From Eledone cirrhosa (taxonomy: Eukaryota), in contig OZ024746.1 in NCBI GenBank assembly GCA_964016885.1, positions 6,820,001-6,884,000 on the forward strand: a stretch of 64,000 nt of DNA, given 5' to 3'. Shown here one piece after another: positions 41,219 through 52,889 of this stretch (position 1 is its first letter; each line of letters opens with the position of its first letter). The position numbers and the translations under genes were made by a program. The notes below the pieces were generated by a model. That model saw only the letters and a list, made by a program, of their open reading frames with translations. It did no database searches and was not told the DNA's origin.

Positions 41219-43054
41219 TTAACCCTTTCATGACTGCATTTCTAATGAAATACCCTTAATTTTAATTAATGAAGAATTTTGAAGGATTTACTAAAGTTAT
41301 TAATTATTTCATTACTAAGATAGTAATTTAATGTAGGATTCTTATATAAAATTATGTTGGAAGATTTTAATTTAAATTGGAAACCTTTAAAATAGGTGAT
41401 TTTATTTCATAGAACCAGAGCTGGTTTTAGCTGGGTTGGTAATTAAAGGGTTAAAATGGGTGGTTTTATTTCATAGAACTAGAGCTGGTTTTGGCTGGGT
41501 TGGTAACTAAAGGGTTAAAATGGGTGGTTTTATTTAATAGAACCAGAGCTGATGTTGGCTGGGTTGGTAACTAAAGGGTTAAAATGGGTGGTTTTATTTC
41601 ATAGAACCAGAGCTGATGTTGGCTGGGTTGGTAACTAAAGGGTTAAAATGGGTGGTTTTATTTCATAGAACCAGAGCTGATGTTGGCTGGGTTGGTAACT
41701 AAAGGGTTAAAATGGGTGGTTTTATTTCATAGAACCAGAGCTGATGTTGGCTGGGTTGGTAACTAAAGGGTTAAAATGGGTGGTTTTATTTCATAGAACT
41801 AGAGCTGGTTTTGGCCGGGTTGGTAACTAAAGGGTTAAAATGGGTAGTTTTATTTCATAGAACTAGAGCTGGTTTTGGCCGGGTTGGTAACTAAAGGGTT
41901 AAAATGGGTGGTTTTATTTCATAGAACCAGAGCTGATGTTGGCCGGGTTGGTAACTAAAGGGTTAAAATGGGTGGTTTTATTTCATAGAACTAGAGCTGG
42001 TTTTGGCCGGGTTGGTAACTAAAGGGTTAAAATGGGTGGTTTTATTTCATAGAACCAGAGCTGATGTTGACTGGGTTGGTAACTAAAGGGTTAAAATGGG
42101 TGGTTTTATTTCATAGAACCAGAGCTGATGTTGGCTGGGTTGGTAACTAAAGGGTTAAAATGGGTGGTTTTATTTCATAGAACTAGAGCTGGTTTTGGCC
42201 GGGTTGGTAACTAAAGGGTTAAAATGGGTGGTTTTATTTCATAGAACTAGAGCTGGTTTGGGCCGGGTTGGTAACTAAAGGGTTAAAATGGATGGTTTTA
42301 TTTCATAGAACCAGAGCTGGTTTTGGCCGGGTTGGTAACTAAAGGGTTAAAATGGGTGGTTTTATTTCATAGAACCAGAGCTGATGTTGGCCGGGTTGGT
42401 AACTAAAGGGTTAAAATGGGTGGTTTTATTTCATAGAACTAGAGCTGGTTTTGGCCGGGTTGGTAACTAAAGGGTTAAAATGGGTGGTTTTATTTCATAG
42501 AACTAGAGCTGGTTTTGGCCGGGTTGGTAACTAAAAGGTTAAAATAGGTGGTTTTATTTCATAGAACTAGAGCTGGTTTTGGCCGGGTTGGTAACTAAAA
42601 GGTTAAAATAGGTGGTTTTATTTCATAGAACTAGAGCTGGTTTTGGCCGGGTTGGTAACTAAAGGGTTAAAATGGGTGGTTTTATTTCATAGAACTAGAG
42701 CTGGTTTTGGCCGGGTTGGTAACTAAAAGGTTAAAATAGGTGGTTTTATTTCATAGAACTAGAGCTGGTTTTGGCCGGGTTGGTAACTAAAGGGTTAAAA
42801 TGGGTGGTTTTATTTCATAGAACCAGAGCTGATGTTGGCCAGGTTGGTAATTAAAGGGTTAAAATGGGTGGTTTTATTTCATAGAACTAGAGCTGGTTTT
42901 GGCCGGGTTGGTAACTAAAGGGTTAAAATGGGTGGTTTTATTTCATAGAACCAGAGCTGATGTTGGCCAGGTTGGTAATTAAAGGGTTAAAATGGGTGGT
43001 TTTATTTCATAGAACTAGAGCTGATGTTGGCCAGGTTGGTAATTAAAGGGTTAA
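41219..43054 (+). mobile_element. piggyBac-like MITE whose terminal 64 bp is amplified 26 times
   Basis: TTAACCCTTT start and AAAGGGTTAA end. 1664 bp between the TTAA at 41387 and the TTAA at 43051 equals 26 x 64. Confidence 0.75.
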
Positions 43055-43409
43055 GTTACAATTTATTAATTGCTTTCATTACATATTTCTATAAATTCTG
43101 AGATTACATGTATTCTCATACCTACAAAATTACGATTACATCAGAAATAACATTTATTCCGAATCTATTGCTGAAACTTTTACAAGAAGGTAATAAAAAA
43201 AATAAATAAATAAAATAATTCATAGAAAAAATCAAGAGTTTATCCATCAGAAGTATATTTATAAATGTCTAAAATTGAATCAGTTTCAGGCACAAAAGTG
43301 AGAGAGTCCATTCTGCAGTTAAAGACCTTATAAAGTTGCATGAGAAAATATGTCATAAGGCCTTAAAGGTTAAACACATCTTACACGTTATGAATTAAAA
43401 ATAACTTAC

Positions 43410-43493
43410 TGTATCATAGGATCATCAATAACTTCAGATGTTCTCAATTTAGGGGGTGCACGGCGTGCACTACCAACTCGAGCTGAGGATGAG
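43410..43493 (-). CDS. TRAF3IP1: TRAF3IP1/IFT54 internal exon (84 nt, phase 2 to 2): SSSARVGSARRAPPKLRTSEVIDDPMI(Q)
   Basis: Acceptor tatttttgtAG, donor GTAAGT. GSARRAPPKL resembles the RPGSARPAPPRVK motif I recall from vertebrate TRAF3IP1. Confidence 0.85.
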
Positions 43494-44063
43494 CTACAAA
43501 AATATTAGAAAATTATGAAACAAATAAATAAATATAAAAATAGATGTTGAGGATGGTTATTGTGAAACATCATGATTCCATTCCCCCTTTCTTTCTTCCT
43601 TTGTTCTAGTAGCCCTTGCTCTTCCTCTCCTCTCATTTATGGCATTTATAGTCCTTTCCAATACTGCTTTCTTTTTCTCTATGTTTTAAACTTATTGAAT
43701 TCAATCTTAACTTTTAAAATGAAGAGTAAACACAAAATGAGAATTCTGGCCTTTATTGAGAATGCTTCTGATTTCTGGTGGACATAAAAATCTTGAACCT
43801 GCTTGTTTTATTGTCATGTATGTTTTCTAATGTCTAAAGAAAATTGTTGCAGGAATGCTACCACTTAAAATATAATTTTGTTGAAGATAGATCAGTAAAA
43901 TTTAATAAGCATGTATGTTATTAATTCTGTACAGCTTTCTTTCGTTCATTATACTGATATTAATTCACTCATGAACAGTGATTAATTTCTAAAATCTATG
44001 CTTTATCAATATATAAACTACAAACAAAATTCCCTCAATGTACACTTCGCATATAAATAAATA

Positions 44064-44253
44064 ATTGTTTCTACTTTTTGGCACAAGGCCAGCAATTACC
44101 CAGTACATTACTGGTACTTTATTTTATCGACCCCGTAAGGATGAAAGGCAAAGTTAACCTCGACGGGATTTGAACTCAGACCGTAAAGGGACGCAACTAT
44201 GCTGGAAAGCATGGCGTCCGACCCTCTACCAATACTGCCAATTCACCGCCCTC
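44064..44253 (-). mobile_element. Second tRNA-related SINE family with Nin/Deu-like block (other copies ~1090-1277 -, ~18960-19120 +, ~19135-19360 +, ~48715-48900 -, ~50740-50960 +, ~53315-53470 -, ~61635-61820 -)
   Basis: B box GAGTTCAAATCC followed by ctttgcctttcatccttacggggtcgataaaataaagtaccag, repeated many times in the window. Confidence 0.75.
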
Positions 44254-45535
44254 ATATAAATAAATAATGATAGATCATCTATCTCAAGCAACATCATCCT
44301 CATTACAGCTTGGCAGTGTTACAACCAGATTAGTTAAAGTTAAAAAATAAAGAACTTTTGTTATCAACAAATATCTCCCACATCACAAAGTATTGAGGAA
44401 TCAGAATAACTGCTGACCATGCAATAGTTTAGCTGCTACATCATCTCAATAGTGCTTTGAACTTTCATGAAGAAACAAGCATTATTGAATATTTAGAGAA
44501 TCAATTTTATGTAAAGTATATGTCATATGCTGGAACAAGGTTGCAGTGGTTTATTTATTTCAGCTAATATTAAACAAAATTGTTATATATAAAATATATA
44601 CAAGGGCGGTGCCCCAGCATGGCCTCAGCCGGATGGCTGCAACAGATAAAAGAGTAAATATACATAACCAGGTGTAAAATTATATATATATATTATAAAG
44701 AGTCAGGACCCCAACGGATGAGCTCTTGCCATTTCAACAGCTAGTTGCTGACTGGAACAAGCTGTTGAATCGGCAAGAGCTCAGCCATTGGGGTCCTGAC
44801 TCTTTATAATATAACCATATTCTACTACCCCAAGTATCGAGTACTCTGTTGAGTAATGGTCTAAACCAGTTTCAAACTGATTCCATCCTGATATATATAT
44901 TAGCTTGGTTTCTATGGCTGGATGCCCTTGGTGTTAGGAAGGGCATTCAGCCATAGAAACCAAGCCTGATCCCTCACAAAGGGACAGTTCGTCCTACCCA
45001 TGCTAGCGCGGAAGTTGGACGTTAAACGATGATGATGAAGATTTATATATATCATCATTGTCATCACCATTTTACGTCAATATTTTCACACTAATAGATT
45101 CAGATACACATAGTTATATATAAGAAGCAAAGAAAATATCAGTGATACAAAAAAGATTTCCAGGTGGAAGTTCCAGGTGTAGATCCAGTTTCAGAGTGAA
45201 AATCCAATTTGAAACTCCAATGAATTATATATGTATACACACACAAATACACATATATATAAATACACAAACACATACACACACACACATATATGTATAC
45301 ACATACATGTGTATAGGTTACAGTCATGGCTGTATGGTGAAGTTCATTTTGCAATCACATGGTTCTACCTTTGATGCCACAGTACCTTGAGCAAGTAACA
45401 TTTCCTATACCCTTCACTTCACCAATATCTAGTATCTCGTTCCAAACCAATTCTTATTAAGAGTTATTGTTTTCTTAAAATTTTATGTTCAATTTTTATT
45501 ATGGATTCTACAGTTGGATGTTTGGATGTCACATA

Positions 45536-46058
45536 TCTCCTTATAATATATAACCAGCAATTTCTCTGTCTGTCTGTCCGACGCGTAGAGAGAGAGTGAG
45601 AGTGAAAGAAAGAGACACACTACAAGAGGGGGATAGCGGGAGGGAGAGAGAGAGACGCTGGAAGAGGGGAAGTAAAGCTATGTCTTGCTGTCTGCATTAC
45701 GATACATATATATATACACACACACACTGAGCGCGTCATAATGACGTAATGCAGACAGCCAGACATGCAGACAGATATTATAAGGGCGCAACGTTATATC
45801 TATGTATCTATCTAAAAAGAAAGACTAAGAATTATATAGAGAGAACGCTAAATCGCCTAATGAGATCCCTAGGGCATTGCAAATTTGAAACAATTTTTGC
45901 TCAAAACACTCACAGGACTATAAGTATTACATGTCTAAAGATTGAAAACAATCGGTTGGATGATTCTCAAGTTTTAGTGAGCTGACAGTCAGACAGACAT
46001 TCTCTGTTTTAGATATATAGACTAGCAGAAAACCGCCCACAGGGTGGTTTTCTGCTAG
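45536..46058 (+). mobile_element. Non-autonomous Helitron-like element, first of a tandem pair
   Basis: A|TC start with (GTCT)n, ending in a GC-rich hairpin plus CTAG at 46055-46058. Confidence 0.55.
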
Positions 46059-46925
46059 TCTATATATATATAAAACTGAGGATGTCTGTCTGTGTGTGTG
46101 TGAGTTTGAATTTGAATCCCTAAAACTCGAGAAGCACCCAACCGACTGTTTTCAAACTTTACACATGTAATACTTGTGTTTCAGGGAGTGTTCTGAGCAA
46201 AAACCAATTTCAAATTTTCAATGCCCTACGGACCGTATAAGGCGATTTAGCGATCTTTCTCTATAATTGTTAGTCTTTCTCTTTTTAGATAGATACATAC
46301 ATATAACGTCGCGCCCTTATAATATCTGTCTGTATGTCTGGCTGTCTGCATTATGTCACTTCCCTGAGGATGTCTGTCTGTGAGTTTGAATCCCTAAAAC
46401 TCGAGAAGTACCCAACCAATTTTTTTCAAACTTTACATGTGTATTACTTATGTTTCAGGGAGTGTTATGCAAATTCAACTTTTTGATCTCCTAGGGCCCG
46501 CATTAGGTGAAAAAATGCGGTTTTTAAGCTTTTTAGGGGTTTTTGAGGCATTACATCAGATCGATTTCCTTGAAATTGTAACTTCTCTCTTCTTCATAAC
46601 GTGAGCAAAGAAAATCCAACTTTTTTATGGCCTTAGGTGAAAAACTTCATTTTTTCAGCTTTTTAGGGCTTTTTGGAGGCGATTTTCCCGAAAATTCAAG
46701 GAATATTATGCACATTTAAAAAAATTCATTTTCTTGATCCTCTAGGTGAAAACCTGCATTTTTCCTGCTTCATCGAGGAAAATCTTAAAGATTATCCAGC
46801 CATCAGCGTATTCGGTTTATTTTCTTTACATATTGTCCAGGCATGCAGTTTTTCCACGATTAGGTCTGTTGGCGGCCCGCGTTCCAAAATACCTTATCCC
46901 GTGCAACGCCGGGTACCACTGCTAG
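46059..46925 (+). mobile_element. Non-autonomous Helitron, second of the pair
   Basis: TCtatatatataaaa…gtctgtctgt start, 3' hairpin cccg…cggg, CTAG|T end, and an internal duplicate of its 5' part at ~46363-46470. Confidence 0.72.
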
Positions 46926-48957
46926 TATATATATATAAATATCACCATGATCTTCGTTTTTACATCCGCTTTTCCATGTTTGCATGGGTCCTTCTTAGCA
47001 CGGCATCTCTCCACACGTCATGATCCTTTGTTATCATTTCTATGAATCTCAGCTCTCAACAACCTCTGCCCAGGTCTTTCTTGGTCTACCTCTATTGCGA
47101 CTTCCTTCCACTGGCATTTCTTCATCCAACCATCTTGCTGATGGTCTATTCCTGGGTCTCTTGCTGGTTGGTTTTACCAGAATGTTATTTTGGTAATATT
47201 TCTAAAATAGCATTTTGAACACTTTTTTCTTACTTTCTTTTTCCAATATTTTCATTGTAGTGGGTCCCTAAACCCAACTCTGAACCCAGTACATAATTGG
47301 TTTATTTATTATATAGTTATATTTATATTTATATACATAGGTATTTCATATTCTTACTTCTGTGAGTATTTCTTTTATTATAAAGTTATCTTTAGTTATA
47401 TATCAGGTCATCTCCAGGGATATATATTTCTTATTCTTGCCAAATAACCCCAAACTTTCTTATGACAATATTACCCTTGTCCTCACAACATAGTGACAGT
47501 GTGAACTGGCAACTCAGGTGGGATTGGGGAGGTAGATCTGGGGATGCAGGTGGGGTGTTATGGCGTGGGAGGTGAAGGTGCATACTAGATGTATGTTTCA
47601 ACCTGTGCACAGAGGGGGGGGGGGGGATACTAGTCTTCTGTATTACTGCATATCACCAGAGATCTCAGTCCAGTGTCATCACCTTTAAGAAGTGCAATTG
47701 TGCAAAGTCAGCTTTTATCACCTCATCCCGCTTCCAAGGTCTTCCTACTCCATAGCTTCCATATTATAGAGATGATACTCTCTCCCATCCACACACACAC
47801 AGACACATTTCATTTCCTTTTTTGTGAAACCAGAAGTAAAGAAATTAAATTCTTTATTTTTTGTTAACAAAATATAAAACACCTTAGAAATGTTAATATA
47901 TCAATACATATTGATAATGGTGATTCTCACAAATAATCTGCCTCGATAAAATGGTTACAATATAATTGTTATGAATTTAACCCACTTTGATTTGTCTTTT
48001 ATACTCTTGCATTTAATGGAAATTTTCCAAAAGTTTACAGAGTTCACATAGCGCTCCCCCCTCGCTCCTCCCTACATCATTTACATTCCTTTCACAACAG
48101 ATTGCATTTTGACATCTAATATCCTCAATACACAATCTATGTGTTTGCTAATGCAACTGTAAATTCAAGTATGTTTTTTTTCCATTTCCACCAAAATATG
48201 CTGCATCGAGAACAACACTAGTGTTTGCTGTTACTTTCTACTCTTTTCCATACATTCCTTCACTCTCTTTTCTTGGTGATTTTCTCTGTAGTCCATCACT
48301 GTTCTACCTTCCACCATATCTTCAACTGTTGATACTTATTGACTTTCAGCAGCTATCAGTTCACCAATGTTGATTACTGTTGACATGTCTTCAGCTTCGT
48401 TGTTGCCCTCTTCACATCAACATGCTGGCTATTATCATCTACAGTCTATAATCATTTATAAGAAAACTCCTTTTAATATTATCTAAAATAAACAGTAGTT
48501 GTATCAATGTAAATTTCTGACATTTTCTGTCTGTTATTGTAAACATATAAAACCAATAATTCACTCTGTTGCAAGAACTTAAACCAGACACCCAGTGCCC
48601 TACCAATGCCAAGGGTCTGTAAAAGAAAGAAGCACTGTGCTCCTCTCCACACCAACTTTTCTGATAAACGAAAAAACTCCCTATTAAAGAGGTTATAGGA
48701 TGTCCATTGAACAATAATTGGCCCAAGGCCAGCAATGTGGGGGAGGGGAAAGTCAATTAAATCGACCCCTGTACATTACTGGTACTTTATTTTATCAACC
48801 TCGTAAGGATGAAAGGCAAAGCCAACCTCGGCAGGATTTGAACTGAGAACGTAAAGGGCCGTAACTCTATTCCACAAAGCATTGTGTCTGACACTCTAGC
48901 GATACTTAAGACTAGAAATAAGAGTCTATTCCTAAAGAGTTTCTATACAATACTTAC

Positions 48958-49057
48958 TGTTCTGGAGCTTTTTTAGATGATTTTGTCTGCTGGTTATCTG
49001 TAGCTTCTACCACAGGAGTAAGTTGAGTATCTGAGGATACGGGAGAGATTTCACTTT
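48958..49057 (-). CDS. TRAF3IP1: TRAF3IP1/IFT54 internal exon (100 nt, phase 1 to 2): (E)SEISPVSSDTQLTPVVEATDNQQTKSSKKAPE(H)
   Basis: Acceptor ttttcccttctaatttccAG, donor GTAAGT, open frame, phases match both neighbours. Low-complexity linker as expected in the IFT54 middle region. Confidence 0.78.
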
Positions 49058-49269
49058 CTGGAAATTAGAAGGGAAAATATTCAATTTACTACTAGTAGTA
49101 TTATGATTACAGTGACAATAAACCATAGGATCAACATAGGTCAGAATTTACCAGCCTGGATGATATCCCCCACCACTGGGAAATTTCAACTGTTGGGTGG
49201 GTGATGTGTAACTGAACAGAAAATGGTGGGCGATTAGAAATGTTGGTGGACAATATAGTATTTTGAGTA

Positions 49270-49624
49270 TAAAACCTTTAGTTATCAACCTGACCCAAAC
49301 CAGCTCTGGTCCTATGAAATAAAACCACCCATTTTAATCCTTTAGTTACCAACCCAGCCAAAACCAGCTCTGGTCCTATGAAATAAAACCACCCATTTTA
49401 ACCCTTTAGTTACCAACCCAGCCCAAACCAGCTCTGGTCCTATGAAATAAAACCACCCATTTTAAAGGTTACTAATTTAAATTAAAATCTTCCAACATAA
49501 TTTTATATTAAGTAACTATCTTAGTAATGAAATGATTAATGATTTTAGTAAATCCCTCAAAATGCTTCATTAATCAATTTAAATAGAGTGTATTTCATGA
49601 GAAATGCAGTCATGAAAGGGTTAA
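49270..49624 (-). mobile_element. Same MITE family with 3 terminal 64-bp units
   Basis: Reverse complement of the 41219 element. TTAA at 49334, 49398 and 49462. Confidence 0.75.
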
Positions 49625-52550
49625 TGTTGCTCTTGCATTTTTGTGAAAGCTATTACAGCATTGGGAAAAGATTTTGAAGAATATGCAGTATTTCAATTGT
49701 ATTACCAAATTGAAAATGTTTTATATAAATAATTATTCTAAGAATTGTGTATAAAATTTGGTTGATTTTATGTTCATGTTGTTTTTGTTTGTTATTTTTA
49801 TCATACATGCTACAGCAATTGTTATGAATACTGTTTTCAGTCTCATACACCCATCATCAGCATCATCATTTTATCATGCTTATTTTTTTTTATTTTGAAG
49901 CCCATGTGCTTTGATAGGTTTTTGTTGTTGTTGTTTTCCCCCACAGCCCTCTCAGGAATAAGTGGGTGGTGAAGAAGAAAAAGAAACAACAGCAGCAACA
50001 ACAACAACTTGGATACATATGTTCCACATACTTGGTACATGCCCATATAAGATACTCTTCTTAAATTTGGAGGAAGAAGAGTCTGCCTCCCAATGGACAT
50101 AGCTACCAATCATCATCACCATTGTTTAACGTCTATCTTCCATGCTAGCATGGGTTAGACGGGAGTTGTCCCACTTGAGGCAAGATTGGTCAGGTGACCG
50201 TGTCTCACTCGTATAGGACTATCTGGCAGGTTTTCTACAGCTGGATGCCCTTCCTAACACCAAACACATTTACAGTGTAGACTGGGAGCTTTTTACCGTG
50301 TTACCTACACGGCCACATTACAGCATGGAATGGGTGTTTTTTTGTTGTGACACCTACACGGCCTCATTAGTTTGGAGTGGATGTTGTGGTACCAACAAAA
50401 CTTTACAGAGAAAGGGTGGTGTTGGTGGGAGTGGGGGGGATGGAGTAGGGGTAGTGGGTTGGGGTGTATATTTGGTTATTGACTGTAGGTACAGAATATT
50501 TACATATTCTGTACATGACTGGACAGCAGCTGCAAATGAAGTCATCAATGTTCATATATTGATTGCTTAATCTACATCAGAATATTAATTACTCGTTTGA
50601 CTTAAGTCACTTAATCTATTATTATATGTTGAGAGGTTTTCATAGAATAATGCTTTGCTAAATAATCTTGTCTAGCTAAAACCACACCTTAGTGCAGAGT
50701 TTTCCAGCACTCGTTTTCTTTCATAATATTGAAGTATAATAGAGCTGTGGATTGGCAGTATCGGTAGAGCGTCGAAAAATATGCTTTGTGGCACAGAGTT
50801 ACAGCTCTTTACACTCTGAGTTCAAATCCCGCCATCGTTAGCTTTATTTTTTATCCTTACGTGGTCAATAAAACAAAGTACCAGCAATGCACTGGGGTCA
50901 ATTTAATCGACTTTCCCCTCCCAGAAATTGTTGGTCATGTGCCTAAATCAGAAACCATTAATATTGACCATGAAGAGGCTCTACTTTCCCCCCTTTTTCT
51001 TTCGCATATTTTGGAATTGTTTTCTTTTGTCCTTAACTTATATTCTTCTCCTCTTTTAGTTAACACTTCTTTGTTTCTACAAGCAACAAGTTTAATTAAA
51101 TTTTCTTTTTCAGGACTCCTGAATAGCGGTTCAACCTGGAGTAACTCTCTGGTCTCCAAGCTAGGCACTCTATCAAGTAATATTACTCCAAAGACCCTTC
51201 ACAGAAATTTCGGCTCCTTATATTCGTGATCATATTCCTTCAGTCACTGAGAGATCACATCTCTGATACTATGGGTATGTGGTTAAAATGTCTCAAGAAA
51301 TAATCACTGGGCAGATTTTATGGGTAAGAGAAACTAACTGGCAGGAGACCCAGGGGTAGACCATCAGCTTGGCTGGTCTAGCTTGAGGATCCAGCCTGAT
51401 TAGTTGGAGACGGTTGCTTCTGACAAGACTCATTGTAAGGGGTGTTTGAGGATTCTGTCCCCAACGTCTCTCTCAGGAATATGTGGGCACAGGAGGAGGA
51501 GGACTGTCAATGTATTTATCTAAACACTATATGTATCTATAACTATAATTTCATTTCTGATTTTTCTACAATAGTAATTTCTAATATTCTCCATTTCTTT
51601 ATGATGTGTCACATAAGTTTGTGTAGTCCTACCTACTTCTAAGTCAAACTTAATATTCTGACTTTTAATTAACCCTATTTTAGCCTAACTTTCGCCTGTC
51701 TATCTAATCAGTGTTTTTAGTAGTAGCTGCTGCAGCAACAGCAACAGCAACAGCGACAGCGACAGCGACAGCGACAACCACAACCACAAATTTTATGGTT
51801 ATAATTGAAAATATATTTGAACAAAATGAACAAAATGAAAATATAATTCAAACTTCAACAGTAAACTGACATTTGAATTTATACTTATAATATTTTATAA
51901 AATCTGTGTGTTTTGCATTTAAATATTTTAGTATCATTTTTCAATTTCATATCCTTCTACTTTGCAAAAAAAATATCAAGTTCTACAATTTGAACTGCTA
52001 TAACAAAAAAAATTTTTTTAAGACTGAAAATAACTCAAAATTCTAACAATTAATCTACTACAAATAGCAGCCAAATATCCCTGAAATCACACCCCATTGT
52101 CTTGACAAAACGAAACATAATATATTTCTAGATATTCGTTAAGATTCAGAAAGGTTATAGTTATAATGTTTTTGATAATAAGTCTGCTTGATCAGGGATT
52201 ACTTGGGGCTAAACAAGTAAATGTCACTTAAATCAACATATCCAGTGGCTGCCAATGGGTAATAAAAGATTAGGACTTCAATTTCATAGTTATATACCTG
52301 AATAAAAAAACACCTCAAAACTTATCCACTGACAAATGGATATCAAACCAATTGAAATGTAATGTTTTACAAAAATCAAAAAGGATAAGTTTAACCCTTT
52401 AGCATTTAAACCAGCCATATCCAGCCAGAATTCTCTCACCTCATTCTATTCAAACCAGCTGTAACTGGCCACTCATGCTGATGTTAAGGTATTGTTCTCA
52501 AAATAAATAATGTCAAAATTTCATAGAATCAATATTATGTGAGATATTAT

Positions 52551-52889
52551 GGAGGCACATGGCTTAGTGGTTAGAGCATTGGCTTTGCAATCGAAAGGTT
52601 GTGAGTTCAATTCTCAGACTGGGTGATGTGTTGTTTCCTTGAGGAAGCCACTTTATTTCACATTGCTCCAGTTTACCCAGCTGTAGAAATGAGATGATAG
52701 GGACTGGAGCCCATATCATTCCACTGCAAAGTGGTTGTGGAGGTGCCACGGCAAAAAAGCACCCAGCACTCACTGTAAATGAGGTTGGTGTTAGGAAGGG
52801 CATCCAGCTGTAGAAATCAAGCCAGAATCAGTTCCCGTCCCACCCTTGCAAGCAGGGAAAAGCGGACGTAAAATGATGATGATGATGAT
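52551..52889 (+). mobile_element. tRNA-derived SINE (CORE-like middle, RTE-derived 3' half), inserted in a piggyBac-like MITE
   Basis: A box TGGCTTAGTGG, B box GAGTTCAATTC, CORE-like gtttccttgagcaagacactt block, and tail matching RTE ends plus (GAT)n. Confidence 0.85.

Noticed and set aside
41387-43054. CRISPR or telomeric array
   Set aside because: Contiguous 64-bp tandem units without unique spacers, explained as amplified MITE ends.
52551-52625. tRNA gene
   Set aside because: A and B boxes are present, but there is no proper acceptor stem and it continues into a SINE body in all copies.
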